A DNA stretch of 64,000 nucleotides from Eledone cirrhosa (taxonomy: Eukaryota). Location: assembly GCA_964016885.1 (NCBI GenBank), contig OZ024748.1:6758001-6822000 (forward strand), read 5' to 3'. The notes under the pieces are model-generated. The model was not told the DNA's origin and searched no databases. It saw nothing but the letters and a program-made list of their open reading frames with translations. Both the position numbers and the translations under genes were made by a program. Shown in pieces: positions 44,807-60,682 of this stretch; position 1 is the stretch's first letter; every line of letters begins with the position of its first letter.

Positions 44807-44994
44807 TGGTGGATTGGCAGTATCAGTAGAGGGTCGGACGCCATGCTTTCACGCGTAGAGTTACGGCCCTTGCCATTCTGAGTTAAAATCCCGTCGAGGT
44901 TAACTTTGCCTTTCATCCTTACGGGGTAGATCAAATAAAGTACCAGTAATGCACTGGGTATTTGCTGGCCTTGTGCCAAAAGTAGAAACAATTA
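44807..44994 (+). mobile_element. SINE family 1
   Basis: Full consensus match, lying between family B-related sequences (44705-44770 and 45000-45033). Confidence 0.85.
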
Positions 44995-46879
44995 TATATT
45001 AAATATTTATACTCTGCTATGTATTGAGTACCACATATATATATATATATGAACACACAAATATTCTCGTTAGAATACCCCTTATAAAATACATATTAGT
45101 TATCTTTGTAAATGGATGCCTAGCAAGTTAAGCAACCAGATATAAAAGATACGGTTTCACTCAATAACATTCGATCGATCGATTTGTCTCTACTATACGT
45201 AGACAGTTCGCTTCGATTATCAATAGCAAATAGAAACGCAATTTCGCTTATCACTGTCACTTTGAGATTTGGAAGACACATTTATTTCGTTGTTATAACA
45301 TAAACAAGCGTAACACACGTGAAGCAAACCTCATCTTCCTTTGGTGCGAATCAATTACGATGTGGAGGATAAATAACATAGGGTTGTAAATATTTTTGCC
45401 TCTGTTACAAAATACGAGTAGATTATTGACAAAAGAAGATTTCAACAGCTTGAGCTCTTCCCCAGTCGTTCCGCTGTTGAGAAATAGTTGACGTTAAATC
45501 GACGTTGAAATCTTTTAATTGAACTTAGAGAAATGGTTAAATCAAGAGGGATGACACTAATTTGATACAGTCGGTGCTAAATTCACATTGTAGACATTTA
45601 ATAGACACAACTGATACTAACTCACATATGTGATTCAATATTAATACTACAAGCTTCATATTGATAGTGGAGATTACAAGTTTATGTCTTCAGGTACTTA
45701 TAAATGTAACGTAGAAGGTTATTTTACAGTGATATGTACGTTGTCACCAATAAATGGAGTTATGCAAGCAAGCTTTTACAGCTTCTTTAGGAGAAAATAA
45801 TTGAAAAAAAAATTGAGTAGAGCAACGGTGTTAGAATCTATCGATGAATTGACTGTAACATTATAGGTTCGTATGAACAGTTTTGTGGTAGATATTGCGG
45901 CTTCGCAGGATCTGTGTTCAAATTCTTATGATATTAACTATACATTTCATACTTCCGGAATCGATAAATTGTTGGAAGAAGAGATAAATCATCATTCGAG
46001 TTACCCTTCTATATTTACTCCTGTTGTTTACATTCTGAGTTCAGATTCAGCCATTAACCTGAACTATTCCACTAACGTAGGGGAAACATCTTACCTAACA
46101 CCGGGTTCGATTTGGCCTCAGTAGAAACAACAAATTGAAATAGGGACATGGTATGGAATCCCCTTTCTGTGAATATGGCACAGTCCCAACCACGAGTAAC
46201 CTGTCGGTTTATCATTGTTGGATTACCTTTGATTTAGGGGAAATATCACAATAAATATACAAGATTTTACAGAAATATAGAATCCTTCGACGTGTACAGG
46301 AAAGAAATATTTCTCCATTTGGCACATGGTTGCAAATTTGTTGTAGTATAGAATGTGTCGGAAAGTCGATTAATTGTACTATTTTAAACGAAGTCAAGCT
46401 TATAATATGGAAAGGTAATCTTGGCTAGATTTGAAACACAACTGAAGGAATGAACCGGACGAAATAAGACGCCAGAAATACATTTTACACAGAGTAAAAA
46501 TACGAAGAAAATAACCAAGGTCGATGGATTAATTCATAACGAATAGAGTAAGTCAACTACAGCTTTTTATGTTATAGCAGAAATAATAACTTTCCAATAA
46601 TAACATGGAACAAAACCTGTTGGAATATGGAAAGGTAATAGCAACTGTTGAGTGTTAGAAATCATGGATTATTATTAACTTGGTTTCGAAGAATTTCTTT
46701 ACTTTGAATTAATTAAGAAATTCTAACAGGTAATGAATATCCATTCTATTCTATGAAAAAGAAAGTGTTGATGGTTTTCAGAAAGTGTTTTTAGATTCCA
46801 AACCACGAAGATTTTATCTCAATTCCTATCGACGTGCATTAAATTGAAGATTAAGTTCTATCTGTGTGTGTGAGTGTGT

Positions 46880-46971
<92 letters not shown>

Positions 46972-47122
46972 TTGTGTGGTTGTGTGGTTGTGCGTATGTT
47001 TGAGAAAACCTCTCACATGTGCAGAAGAGAAGAAAAGTAAATGCTTAAATATGACCTGCACTTGGCATAAAATAAAATTTTACATGGAATGTCTGTTTTG
47101 AGAGATTCACACCTAAACACAA

Positions 47123-47170
<48 letters not shown>

Positions 47171-47836
47171 AATGTACACACACACTAATATATATATATG
47201 CGTATATATATATACATCCATGTATATATAAACATAATAAAATACACGTATAGGCATTTGAAATATTCACTGTGTGATGTACTTCGCCAATAAAATGTCT
47301 TTCGACACATATTCGTAAATATTTCTATAATTTACAAGGAATATATTGCTACAGGTTAAGAGTTGTTTACAAGGAACCATTCAAAGCAAAATACTTTTAG
47401 TTTGCAAGTAAATGTTTTTGAAAATTCAATGAAAAATAAAAATATATATAAGAAATATAATTATTATTTTAACAAAAAAAAATTGTAATGATAAATATGT
47501 AAATATAATTAGTCTCTGTTTTTTTTGTGTTTTATTTAATGAAATATTTAAAGTTTAAATGCATGATTTAACATTTAGCATATTGAACAATTTAAATAAA
47601 GATGACATGTATAACAAAGGTGATATAAACAGAATATAGAAGCAGTAAATAAAAAAAAACATGAGATTTGGAAATACTAATACGGATGCCAGATTTATAA
47701 ACTTCGTAGCTATATTACTTGATTTTATTTCATTTCAACCGCACCCAAACATATATAACAGACCTACACCTATAAACATATGTATATTTATATATATATA
47801 TATATATATAAGTTTATGTATGTATATGTATATATA

Positions 47837-47912
<76 letters not shown>

Positions 47913-48439
47913 TGTAAAAGTATGTCAAATTTAAATTATTTATTTACCATATAGATGATGCCATGTATAAATCTGTGTTTCTTATCAAAAATATGTGCTA
48001 TAAACAATAAATACGACTATTGGTAATTAATACATAAATTAATATTAGCTATAAATTGCTCTTCAGTATCGATCTGGAAATATTTATTGGTACACTTTTA
48101 ATTCTATTTGATAGAAGACTGAGATAAAAGATTAAGATCATAGATTTTCCAAAGGGCGTTAACCTAAGTGAAATTTAATGTCTGTCACCTGTAGACACCT
48201 TTTCTCAATTATTCACCGTATGTAATTGGTATATTATTGTTATTATCATTGTTAGTTTTGTAGTTAACCCTACGTTAACCGGACAGAGGACACCAAGAAT
48301 CTTTGTTAAGATTAAAATAACGTATCTGGGAATACATTAGCCAATGCTTATAGGGTGGTGTAATTTCAGGATGATTTGGTATCTGAGATTGTGAATTTAT
48401 CTAATAAGGATTGGCGGTTCCTTGACGGAACACCAGTTG

Positions 48440-48911
48440 TCGCTCTGTTTAGAAATGAGAGGTAGCAAAGTTAATGACCGAAAGAATACGATCGCGAATA
48501 ATAACGGTTTTTGGAGTAACGTTACTCAAAAAGGTGCGTTGTTCAGATACTCGAGAGTCACTCCAGATAGAACCTCTACTTCTCCAAATTGAGATATCAC
48601 AGCTCTGATACTATGGACATGTGGTTAGTATTGCACAGGGAAGAATCGCTGGACAGATTTTACAGCAAAACCAACCGGCAGGAGACCCAGTGGTAGACCC
48701 TGAGCAAATTGGTTGGATAATATCCACGAGCTTTGTGGGAGGGGGGGGGGGTAATTAAGGATCCAGCCAGATCAGTTGGAGACGGTTGCTTCTGACAGGA
48801 CCCACCTAAAGAAGTGTTTGAGGACTCTTCCCCCACGACCCTCTCAGAAATAAGTGTGCGAAGAAGAAGAAGAAGAAGAAGAAGAAGAAGAAGAAGAAGA
48901 AGAAGAAGAAG
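48440..48911 (+). pseudogene. RTE LINE 3' end with (GAA)n tail
   Basis: My translation reads ...IEPLLLQIEISQL*YYGHVV...KPTGRRPSGRP*ANWLDNI (RTE C-terminal GH..R / GxRxxGRP..W motifs). (GAA)n follows at about 48860-48911. Confidence 0.75.
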
Positions 48912-48947
48912 ATCTGATGTGGAGGATGAGGTTGTACACTGAATGAT

Positions 48948-49262
48948 AGGTACTTTAGACTCATTGGTACTTTAGACTCATTGGTACTTTAGACTCATTG
49001 GTACTTTAGACTCATTGGTACTTTAGACTGGTTGGTATTTTTGAGTGGTTAGTACTTTAGACTGGTTGGTACTCTAGACTAGTTGGTTCTCTAGATTAGT
49101 TGGTACTTTAGACTAGTTGGTGCTTTAGACTCGTTAGTACTTTAGACTGGTTGGTACGTTAGACTAGTTGGTATATTAGACTAGTTGGTACTATAGACTA
49201 TTTGACACTTTAGACTAGTTGGTACTTTAGACTAGTTGGTACTCTAGACTAGATAGTACTTT
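48948..49262. repeat. 17-bp minisatellite, about 18 units
   Basis: Unit ggtactttagact(catt/ggtt/agtt). Confidence 0.9.
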
Positions 49263-49387
49263 ATGTACCGAGCCCAAATGGATGAAGAGCAAATTTGATC
49301 TTGGTAGTTTTTGAACTCTGAGGACAGAGAACCAGAAAGAAAAGTAACAGTAATTTGTTACCTTGACACTACGTGAGTAATGGAGTG

Positions 49388-49420
<33 letters not shown>

Positions 49421-49601
49421 ATATATATATATACTTGTATATATGTTGTTTTTATTTTATGTTCAACATCCTCTTTCTCTCGTCTCATTTTTTTTTATTT
49501 AACACAATTTGTACATTTTTTTTCTAAGTTTCCGATTTCCCCTTATTAAATCTTTTTCGAAATGGTTCTTTTTCGTAAGATGTTTTTTTTTCTTTCTGTT
49601 A

Positions 49602-49632
<31 letters not shown>

Positions 49633-49644
49633 CACTCACACCAT

Positions 49645-49690
<46 letters not shown>

Positions 49691-49737
49691 TATCTATCTC
49701 TCTATCTCTCTATCTAACTATCTAACTACTTAACTAT

Positions 49738-49772
<35 letters not shown>

Positions 49773-50093
49773 CTATCTATCTATATATCTATTTCCTTGC
49801 TGTTAAATTATTATGTGGTCAATCTCTATGTGGCAGTTATAAAGTTACTTCCAGTTACCCGCCCATTTGTTTCTAGACAGGTGCGAAAGGTCACAAAGGC
49901 AGCAATATATTTCCAGAAACTTAATTCTTCAGAACTTCCTCCAATGTACTTCTGGTACTATTTGACTTCTCAAACTTGGTAACCTCTCTTTTCTTTCAAA
50001 ATATTGAAGTCTTTCGTGTATTCCTTCCTTCATTCATTTTTACTTCTTTTCTTTGTTTGTTTGTTTGTATGTATCTTTCTTTCTTTCTTTCTT

Positions 50094-50128
<35 letters not shown>

Positions 50129-51695
50129 ATCTATCTATCTATCTATCTTTCTTTCATTGTTTATTTCCCTCATTATATATGTTCGTCTTTCCTCTATTCT
50201 ATCCTCCCTCTAATTATTTTACGCCATCTTTTTTTTCGGTCTTCCTCTCACCCTTTCTTTATTTCGTTTCTCTTCTCAACTTTCGTTCCATTTCAGCTCT
50301 CCTTCCATTCAGCACCGCGGTCTTTCGTTCATTATCTCTTTCAATATTGTTTTCTTTCTTTCTCTCTTTCCCGTCAGTTCTACCAAAGCACAACTACCGC
50401 TAGCACCACCACCTCCATAATCACCACAACCAGTAGTACCACTATCGCAGCCACCAGTACCACCACAACCACCACAACTACCACCAACAACAGCACCACC
50501 ATCATCACCACCTGCACCAGCACCAGCAGCACCATCACCATCACCACCACCACCACCACCACCACCAGCAATACCACTAACAGCAGCACCAGCACCACCA
50601 AACTATTATTATTCATTTCCCTAGCAGGTGCAACTACGTATTTGTATCTGTTTTTCTAAATGACCATAAGCACTTCCTCCATTAATTTCACCGTCTTTCA
50701 TCATTATCATCATCGTCTGCTTAATTATTATCATCATCATCATCATTGTCATCATCTTCTAGATCATCACCATCATCATCACTATCTTCGCCATTCTTGT
50801 CTTCTCGAATATAATCGTCATCAGCATCAATATCATCATCATCATCATCAGCTCCAACAACATCGTCATCATCATCACCACCATCAGCGCCATGACCTTC
50901 TTTTTCATAATAATCGTCATCATCATTATCATCATCATAATCATCGTCATCATCATCATCAGCATCATCATCATCATCGTCATCGTCAAGGTAGAGAAGA
51001 ATCAAACCTATACTAAAATTTAGTTCAATTCATAAGGCAAAGAAATGCAATGATGCAGCACTGACTGCCACCTATGCACAACAGAGTAGCTTAAAATATT
51101 ATTCCTGCGCATTGGGAAAAAGTGGTAAGCCTTTTTCTTTCCTTCTTCATGAAAACACACATAGTCTAAGATTTCTTTTCATCGCATACATTTGTATATC
51201 GCAAACTATAATAATTAAAAAATTCAGAAAACTGACTTATTTGGTACACCATTTTGAGAAAAAGTGTGAATGGTTCTTTCATATACAGTTGTGCATTTTC
51301 AGAGTAAGTCCCTTCTAATATATTTCTGTGTATATCTTAGTTGTGAATTGTTGACAATTGCAAGTGGCCCAAAACACCTATCTTAACTAACTTTATATAA
51401 AATAGTATGCTGCTGACTTAAATAGACTTTGTTTTATTATTCATCTCTATAGACTAAGGAAATATGTTTCACTTTTCAATAATCGCCCGTAAACCAATAA
51501 CGAGAAACTCAGAGTATTCACTCGGGGAAATTCAGCTACTAATACCGTAACTGATGTATATATCCGAGGATATGTGTGTATGCATGTGCGGGTTTATGTG
51601 TATGCCTGTGTGCGCTTGATTGTTCGAATAGAATTTGTATATGTTATGAAAATGTGTACATAAACACACATAAAAACACACACACTGAAACTCGA

Positions 51696-51764
<69 letters not shown>

Positions 51765-51873
51765 TATACATATATATATATATATATTTCTATATCTTTA
51801 TGCATCAACATAGATTCATATACATATAAAACCACATTCTCACATACGTGCATACATACACACACACACACAG

Positions 51874-51937
<64 letters not shown>

Positions 51938-52291
51938 ATACATATATATATATTCATAGAAAATTTCTCTATATATTTATACCTCAACAACCACCATAGG
52001 TATATATGGATATGATGGATATGAAATATAAAAACTTAAAATCCATTACGACAGAGAATATTTCTTTAAAAATAATCGTTATTTGAATAACTTCACAATT
52101 ATAGCTTCAATAAAGACGAAACTTTGAGAAAAGTAGTCAGTGTTTTTATTCAATTTGTATTTTCACCTTAAAATCTAATGTGTATAATGTTGTTACGTTA
52201 TCATATTATCTCCCCTTTACTTCATATTGGTGTGTATATGTGTTCACCTTTCGTGAGTCTGTATATTCGTATGCATCTATAAGGATATATG

Positions 52292-52373
<82 letters not shown>

Positions 52374-52540
52374 TTTATATATATATATATGGATGTATAT
52401 ATAAATATATGTATATATAAATATATGTATATATATATATATATATATACATATATTTATATATATATATGGATGTATATATGTATTTATGTATTGGAAT
52501 ACATATACTCACACTCATAGACGCACACACATATACACAC

Positions 52541-52577
<37 letters not shown>

Positions 52578-53101
52578 TTATTAATGGTTTCTTTGAAAGC
52601 TATGCCCATTCACCGGTCCGAAATATTGCTGCCGAATTACAACATTACTACACACTTTGCATCTGTCTGTGTGTCGCTATAAAGACCATTTTCCCATTAC
52701 TTCACACCTCACACCCTTCCAAACTTCCGTTGTAAAAGGCATCAAGTATACAGAACATGCTTTATGAAATAATTTCTTCTGAATAAGAATTTGAATTTAA
52801 TATGTCTTGCACAACTCATTTTTAGCGTCCGTATCTTCAACTAAACTAAAACTAAACCACTTAAAACTCGAGAGCAAACTTTTGTGAGAGTTTTCACTGT
52901 GTTGTGTGTGAAAGATAGAGTGTTAGAGATAGAGAGAGATAGCGAGAGAGAGAGGGAGAGAGAGAGAGAGATGATAATATTGTTAGAGTACCTCATCGTA
53001 ATAATATTGTTGTCGCTCTTATCGCTGAAGTTGTTGTTGTCGTTCTTATTATTGTTACTATTGTCGCTGTTGTTGATGCTAATGTTGAGTGTGTTAAACT
53101 T

Positions 53102-53188
<87 letters not shown>

Positions 53189-53456
53189 ATGAACTTACAC
53201 TTATGTTTATGTATTTAAGTGTGTATGCTAGTGTTATAGTTACTGTGACTGTGTAGATGGAATATATATATATATGTAAGAAGATAATTTTATTATTATA
53301 GATATTTCAAGCGGAATCATCTATCAACATGACGTAATAATGATCAGAAAGGTGTCTCACGATAAAACTGATGAGATAAAATACAGGAAGCAACAGAAAT
53401 ACTACCGATAAATGAAAACTAGAATCATTACTAATCGGGAATAATAATGACTTGAG

Positions 53457-53615
<159 letters not shown>

Positions 53616-53742
53616 GTATATATATATATTTATATATATATATATATTATATATATATATAAATATGCATATATATATATATATATATTTATGTATATAT
53701 ATATATTTATATATATATATATATTATATATATATATAAATA

Positions 53743-53857
<115 letters not shown>

Positions 53858-54163
53858 GTATATGTATGTATATATTTCTCATGCAAGGGAATGGAATTAC
53901 TTGCAAATTCTGGCAAATGAATATAACAAACACATACATACGATACACAGATTCATAGAATGTCCTGCACGCGCATACATGGAAACATATATATGTATAT
54001 ATATATATATATATATGTGGCTGTGTGTGTGTGATTGTGTGTGTGTGTTTGTGTGTGTTTGTGTACATATTTTTATAGGTGTGATAGTGTGTGTATCTAC
54101 ATATCTAATCACACACTCACATATAAATATTTATATATATATATGTATATAAATCTATATATA

Positions 54164-54238
<75 letters not shown>

Positions 54239-54626
54239 TTGTGCACAAACGTATATTCACATTTATGTATATATATATTACATATATGCTGGCATCTGTG
54301 CAATGATGTAAAAACCTTTCTTAATATCCTACCATCCATATGTTGGTGTTATAGCATCCATACTCCATCTTACACAATGCACAATCTACACTGTATGATT
54401 CAGTGTTCAAATTTCTGTCTGCCATAAAATTATGGTCACATCCGGTGCTAATGTTGAATTGCTTCTTACGTTCCATTGCTTCCGAAAATGATAGACGTGT
54501 ATGTATATAAATATGCACGTATGTCTGTCTGTATGTATGTGTAAAGATATGTATACGTATGTATGATGTATGTACGCATAAATGTTTGCATGTATCTAAG
54601 TATCAATGTATGTATGTAGGTATGTA

Positions 54627-54663
<37 letters not shown>

Positions 54664-54666
54664 CTG

Positions 54667-54697
<31 letters not shown>

Positions 54698-54698
54698 G

Positions 54699-54735
<37 letters not shown>

Positions 54736-56217
54736 GAAGAGAGAGAGATAGAGATGCGTACGTATTTATATTTATATGTATATAAACGCGTGTCCCTGCA
54801 TAGATAAATACATTCATACACACATTCATACATATATACAGATATATACACACACGCGTGTGTGTCTGTATATTTGTGTGTATGTGTGTTCATATTTCAA
54901 TGTGAATAGGTTTGGATTTTTTTCTGCTTAGTGTTTGTGTTTTAATGATTTTTGTTTTTATTTGGATGTGTTTGCAATATGTGTGTTTGTGTAGGTTTGC
55001 TGTGTTTATTTTGTGTGTTTTATTCATGTGTGTTTTTCCACAGTACGTCTTTATATATCTAGTTCCTATTTTCATTCGACTCAAAACTTTTGTCTTTTCA
55101 TAATCAATTGTTATTACATAAAGCCGTTACCTAAAATTTAGCTGTCTTCAAAGACTAATCATATCAATTAATCACTGCTCGATATATTTCCTTTCCTTCC
55201 CTCTAAATTTCGACATACGCTAACTCAAGGTCTCAAGTATACGTACACACAATCAGGGCAAAACACATATGTAACAAACGTACGTACTTATATTATCACT
55301 AAAGTAAAATTATAATGCTCATTACTCCCATTATTACTATTACTGCTATAGCTACAATTACCACCAAACCATAGACACAATAGCAGCCAGATATCCACAG
55401 CAATGGCTAAACTAAATTAGACTTTAAGACCGGACCTCCCTTATAACTATATTTTGAGGAAATAAATACTTTTATCTAATATATAAATTGTTAAAATGAA
55501 AATATCAATTGGTTATCTATATTTTAAATTAACTTTATCTGTTAAGATAAATATTAACTTTAAAACTTTCTCATTTTAATTTGCTACACAAAAACATTGT
55601 CTTCGATGGCAGTCGTGTTGGGGGTGATTACATTATTGCAAAAATAAATTATCAAAACTATTAGAAGCCTTTTAAGAACATTTTCCATAAAAAGAAATGA
55701 AATAATCTGGCAGTAAATATAGTCGTTTCCGTAATCACAAGTACACATGACTCACAATGTTTACAATATTTCCGAATGGGAATCTGTGGGATTTGAAATC
55801 CGAACGAAAAGAGACGATGTGAGGCATTACATCTGTTTTCACATCACAATCTCTGAAGTAAGAAAGTACGAATTTGCAAATATAGAAATCCATATCTATC
55901 AGACAAAATGGTCCTCGGCTGGATTGATTTCATCCTAAGGTTGCTCAACATGGATGTCCTGTGGTTAAACAACATCAGCAATATAAATTTCTACGTATAC
56001 ACACACATATATATACGAATATATTCCATTCCATTTAAACTTAGGTTGGCTAGAAGGACACTTAAGAATAGATACAGTAATCACCTAAAATAAATCTGAT
56101 AAACAAAAGACGATGATCACCAAACCTCACTTAACAAAACACTACAAGATATTCTATATTGACAAGTATCTATATTTGATGTCTGCTTACGTTGATGGCA
56201 ATGAACTACGAAATAAT

Positions 56218-56412
56218 AATTGTTTCTACTTTAGGAACCAGGCCAGCAATTACCCAGTACATTACTCATTACTGGTACTTTATTTTATCGACCCCGTAGG
56301 GATGAAAGGTAAAGTTAACTTCGGCGGGATTTGAACTCAGACTGTAAAGGGACGTAACTATGCTAGAAAGCATGGCGTCCAACCCTCTACCGATACTGCC
56401 AATTCACCGCCC
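56218..56412 (-). mobile_element. SINE family 1
   Basis: Reverse complement of the full consensus. Confidence 0.85.
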
Positions 56413-56458
56413 ATATCCTCTACACTCTCGCATATAAACGGTAAGGATTGTAGCTTAT

Positions 56459-56507
56459 ATATTGAGTACCTTATTTTCTGTGGTTACCCCCGATTGAACC
56501 CGGGACT

Positions 56508-56545
<38 letters not shown>

Positions 56546-56624
56546 TATATATATATATATGCATATGTGTGTGTGAGTCACGGGTTCAATCGGGGGTAAC
56601 CACAGAAAATAAGGTACTCAATAT
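56459..56624. mobile_element. Two family B-related 3' ends facing each other across a TA/CA microsatellite
   Basis: atattgagtaccttattttctgtggttacccccgattgaacccgggactcacacac at 56459-56514 and its near-perfect reverse complement at 56569-56624. Confidence 0.7.
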
Positions 56625-56747
56625 ATTAGCAGTGTGTAAACCCCAGTCCTGTAGAATTCATTTCTATATCAAAGTTAATATATATATGTACATATATATA
56701 TATATGTTTGTGTGTGTTTGTATGTCTGTGTGTGTGTAATGTGACTG

Positions 56748-56825
<78 letters not shown>

Positions 56826-56994
56826 GAAGTTCTATTTAAATTGTTGGGATCCAACAAGCAAATATTTTATAACTGATATAAAGCACTCAACAAATTATTG
56901 GAGTAAAAATACGATATATTAACAAAATATATTGAAATATGTATAATGAAATAAATATGGTTTTATAAATATAGTTTCCATTTGTTTATATATC

Positions 56995-57056
<62 letters not shown>

Positions 57057-57059
<3 letters not shown>

Positions 57060-57268
57060 CGAGTAGGACCCCGACGGCTGAGCTCAAGCCGTTTCGACGG
57101 CTAATTCTGGACTTTTTTTTTTTTTTTTTAGTTCTGAATTAGCCGTCGAAACGGCTTGAGCTCAGCCGTCAGGGTCCTACTCGTTCCTATTACCCACTCT
57201 ACTACCCTAAGTATTGAGTACTTTGGTGCGTTATGGTCCACCTGGTTCCTTACCACATTTCCTTCGTT
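57057..57268 (+). mobile_element. Family F element, copy 3
   Basis: Inverted arms about 57057-57107 and 57136-57186 around a poly-T loop. Same 3' body as 6230-6308; sits in (TA)n. Confidence 0.75.
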
Positions 57269-57497
57269 AAATATATATATATATAGAGAGAGAGAGAGAG
57301 GGAGCCCAATCTCACTGTATGGTTTACTCGTCTACACTACCAATGTCTGATATTCAGGTTCTTTATTTGGCAGTATGTAAAGTGCCACTTATACTCCTGA
57401 CTAAGGCGTGGAATAGGCAACAGATAGCGCCACCTTTGATAGTTACACACCGTTTAGTTTGTATCACAATGGGCCACTTAGCAACAGGAGATAGTAA

Positions 57498-57547
<50 letters not shown>

Positions 57548-57695
57548 CATATAGCTCATTAAAAAACAGCTATGTGTGTTGTGTAGACTTCTAATTGGTA
57601 TGGAAGTAAACGGGTGCAAAATACTGATGCAGCTGGCTTAAGGATGTTGTATCTGCATATATGTATATATAAATACAAACCTATATACAAATACA

Positions 57696-57754
<59 letters not shown>

Positions 57755-59377
57755 ACATAAGTACTTTGAATAGAAAATATGTTGACTATGGGACTACATG
57801 ATCTGACATAACATATCCTTATTTACAAAATAATCATTCCGCATATCAAAAGCAGCTGATTACACCTAATTCCGTTAGGCATGAGCAAACACGGCACTAA
57901 CCATGTGATGACGCTAGATGTGGTGCCATGCCTCACCATTCCTCAATATCTATCCTTGTCAACGTATATTCATACCGTAGCAACGATCCCATCTCAAAAC
58001 TAGCCATATTCTCTTAATATTCAGAAATAGAAACTTCATCTCCCTTCATTTCTTCACATTGTACAAGATTCAAGTGAACCCCACAATTGACTACTGCTTC
58101 CACATTTAGAGTAGTGCTGCTACTACACCGACAGATATCGTAGATATTATTCATAGGAAAAACCACTCGACTCATTATTAGTATGGAGTCATTCACAACC
58201 ACGGGCGATTCTCTGGAACCCAAACACACAGGCCCTTATCGCAGACTTTCCTACTGATACTATAATGATATTTAATCTTTAAGATTGGTTAACTGACTGG
58301 CTGGTTTGTTTTCTGACCTCGTACCAACTCCATTCAAACTGTTTTGATTCATACCTTTCCCTGTCTTTCATTAACCATATTGTTCGACTTCTTCTCATTG
58401 ATACTGCACTGAATATTAGGCTCAGTCCTTTCATTCCAAGATGCAAGTTATTTTTTGGTATATGTCAGGTCTTTATTGAAGTCATTGACATGCACAAGTC
58501 TTTGCTGTAGTGCTGGCAAGTGCTTAAATGGAACCATAACGTCATCAATCTTTTAAATTTCGAAAAGGCTGTGGCATTTCAACTGGTGTTCTACATGAAA
58601 TTCATGTGATTAGAAAGAGATTTGGCTACTACTTTCAACATATCAAACAATTCTGTAGATAGACACTTGCTAATTAGTATGTAATGGTATCGTCCTCAGT
58701 AAATGAAACTGTCATTTAGTAGAGGAAAGCCATACAAAGATGTTATTTATGATACCTCCATTTCTGAAATCTACAGAACATCGTAGACATTCGCTTAACT
58801 GCTTTCCAATTGATCTTTTACTAATTGATTCTGTTTGCCGATCGATTATCAATAATCAGTTCCATGAGGCGAAAGGAAATCGAATTCCTTCATTTTTGTT
58901 ACAATCTTCTCACTTTCTGACTCAGACACAAACAAATATTCTGAATAGATAATTATATTTTGTTGGGCTAATTTTTAATAACGTCCACAAAATTTTCAAA
59001 ACGATTCAAGATTTAAAGGCAATTAATTCATTAATTCATCAAATAGTGTAAATGTCTTCCATAACGAATCAACCAAACTTGTAGTAATGGTGGTTATTCC
59101 CATTATATGTTATTGTTGTTGTTGCTGCTGTTGCTGCTATTGGTATTGTTTACACCAATTCCAAAGCTGAGAAGATTCTGTGATGAAAAGCGTTCAACCT
59201 ATGATCATCTCATCTATTTGTTTATTAGACGTGATAATTATTTTCCAAAATTCTTACTTGACGAAACACAAAAGACTCCCTTTTGAGGTTGCTTATGCTA
59301 GTATATATAACTATATAACGTATGAGTGGGCGTGTATGTGTGTGTGTGTTAATATATGTGTGCAATCCCTTAATATA

Positions 59378-59670
59378 ATGGTTTCTACTTTTGGCACAAG
59401 GTCAGCAATTATCCACTGCATTACTCGTACTTTATTTTATCGACCCCGTAAGAATGAAAAAAAAAAGTTAGCCTCGGCGGGATTTGAACTCAGAACATAA
59501 AGGGACATAACTCCTCTTAATATAATTGTTTCTACTTTTGACACAAGGCCAGCAATTTTCCAGTGCATTACTGGTATTTTATTTTATCGACCCCCGTAAG
59601 GATGAAAGGCAAAGTTAACCTCGACGGGATTTGAACTCAGAATGGCAAGGGCCGTAACTCTATGCGTCAA
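59378..59670 (-). mobile_element. Two tandem SINE family 1 copies
   Basis: Copies at about 59378-59512 and 59524-59670. Confidence 0.85.
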
Positions 59671-60397
59671 ATAATATTTTTGGAACTTCCTCAGTGATAA
59701 AGAGTTTTCTATTTGAGTATGTCCGCCAAATTATTGTACGAATGTTGAACATTCTCCTGAGACGTATACTCTGTTTCCTTGTTCCGTCTCAGTGCGTTCT
59801 GAGTTCAAATCACTTCCGCTTCCGTAGAAAAGAAAATGGTGACAATTTTTGCCAGTATTTACAAATATTATTGAGCTCAACTTTGCTTTCCCTCCTTACC
59901 ATTCTCCCTGTATTGTTAACGTTACAACGTTGAACCCCGAGAAGAGCCATTAGGGACAAAACACAGCATCCATGTTTCATCAAGGGCCGAGCAAGACATG
60001 AGAAACAATTTCTTATAGAAACACTCAGATGCTACTACAACATGAGAGTTTATATATCCCATGGCATTGACGGGAAGATATAGTGGATTGATGTGAATTT
60101 TAGTAAAGCCGAACAATGTCGTTAGGGCTACTGGTAGTATAATGTCTCTGACTCTTGTATTCTGTCTATTATATATGTAGCATTTCTGCATGAAATTAGA
60201 GTAAATAAATAAGGTAACTGCATTTGTCCCATTATTGTAAAACTTTATACGTTATCGCTCAGGAATGGAGGCGTACATCTACTTCTGATAACTACATGCA
60301 TCATGTTATCAAACACATATACGCATCATAGACGGAAATTTACAGTCTCTGCATATAGACATACGAACATACTTATAAGTAAACACACATGCGTACT

Positions 60398-60447
<50 letters not shown>

Positions 60448-60482
60448 CATATATATATATATATACATATAGATATATATGT

Positions 60483-60522
<40 letters not shown>

Positions 60523-60639
60523 GAATGTATACATATGCACAAATCTGTGCATACAACTAACTAAAATACAAGATATCTGATACATACGGAAATAAATTTC
60601 AATGTGAAATACTGAGAAATAATGTGAGATAAAATATAC

Positions 60640-60682
<43 letters not shown>

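Noticed and set aside
48948-49262. CRISPR-like short repeat array
   Set aside because: The 17-bp units are contiguous with no unique spacers, in a eukaryotic context with no cas genes.
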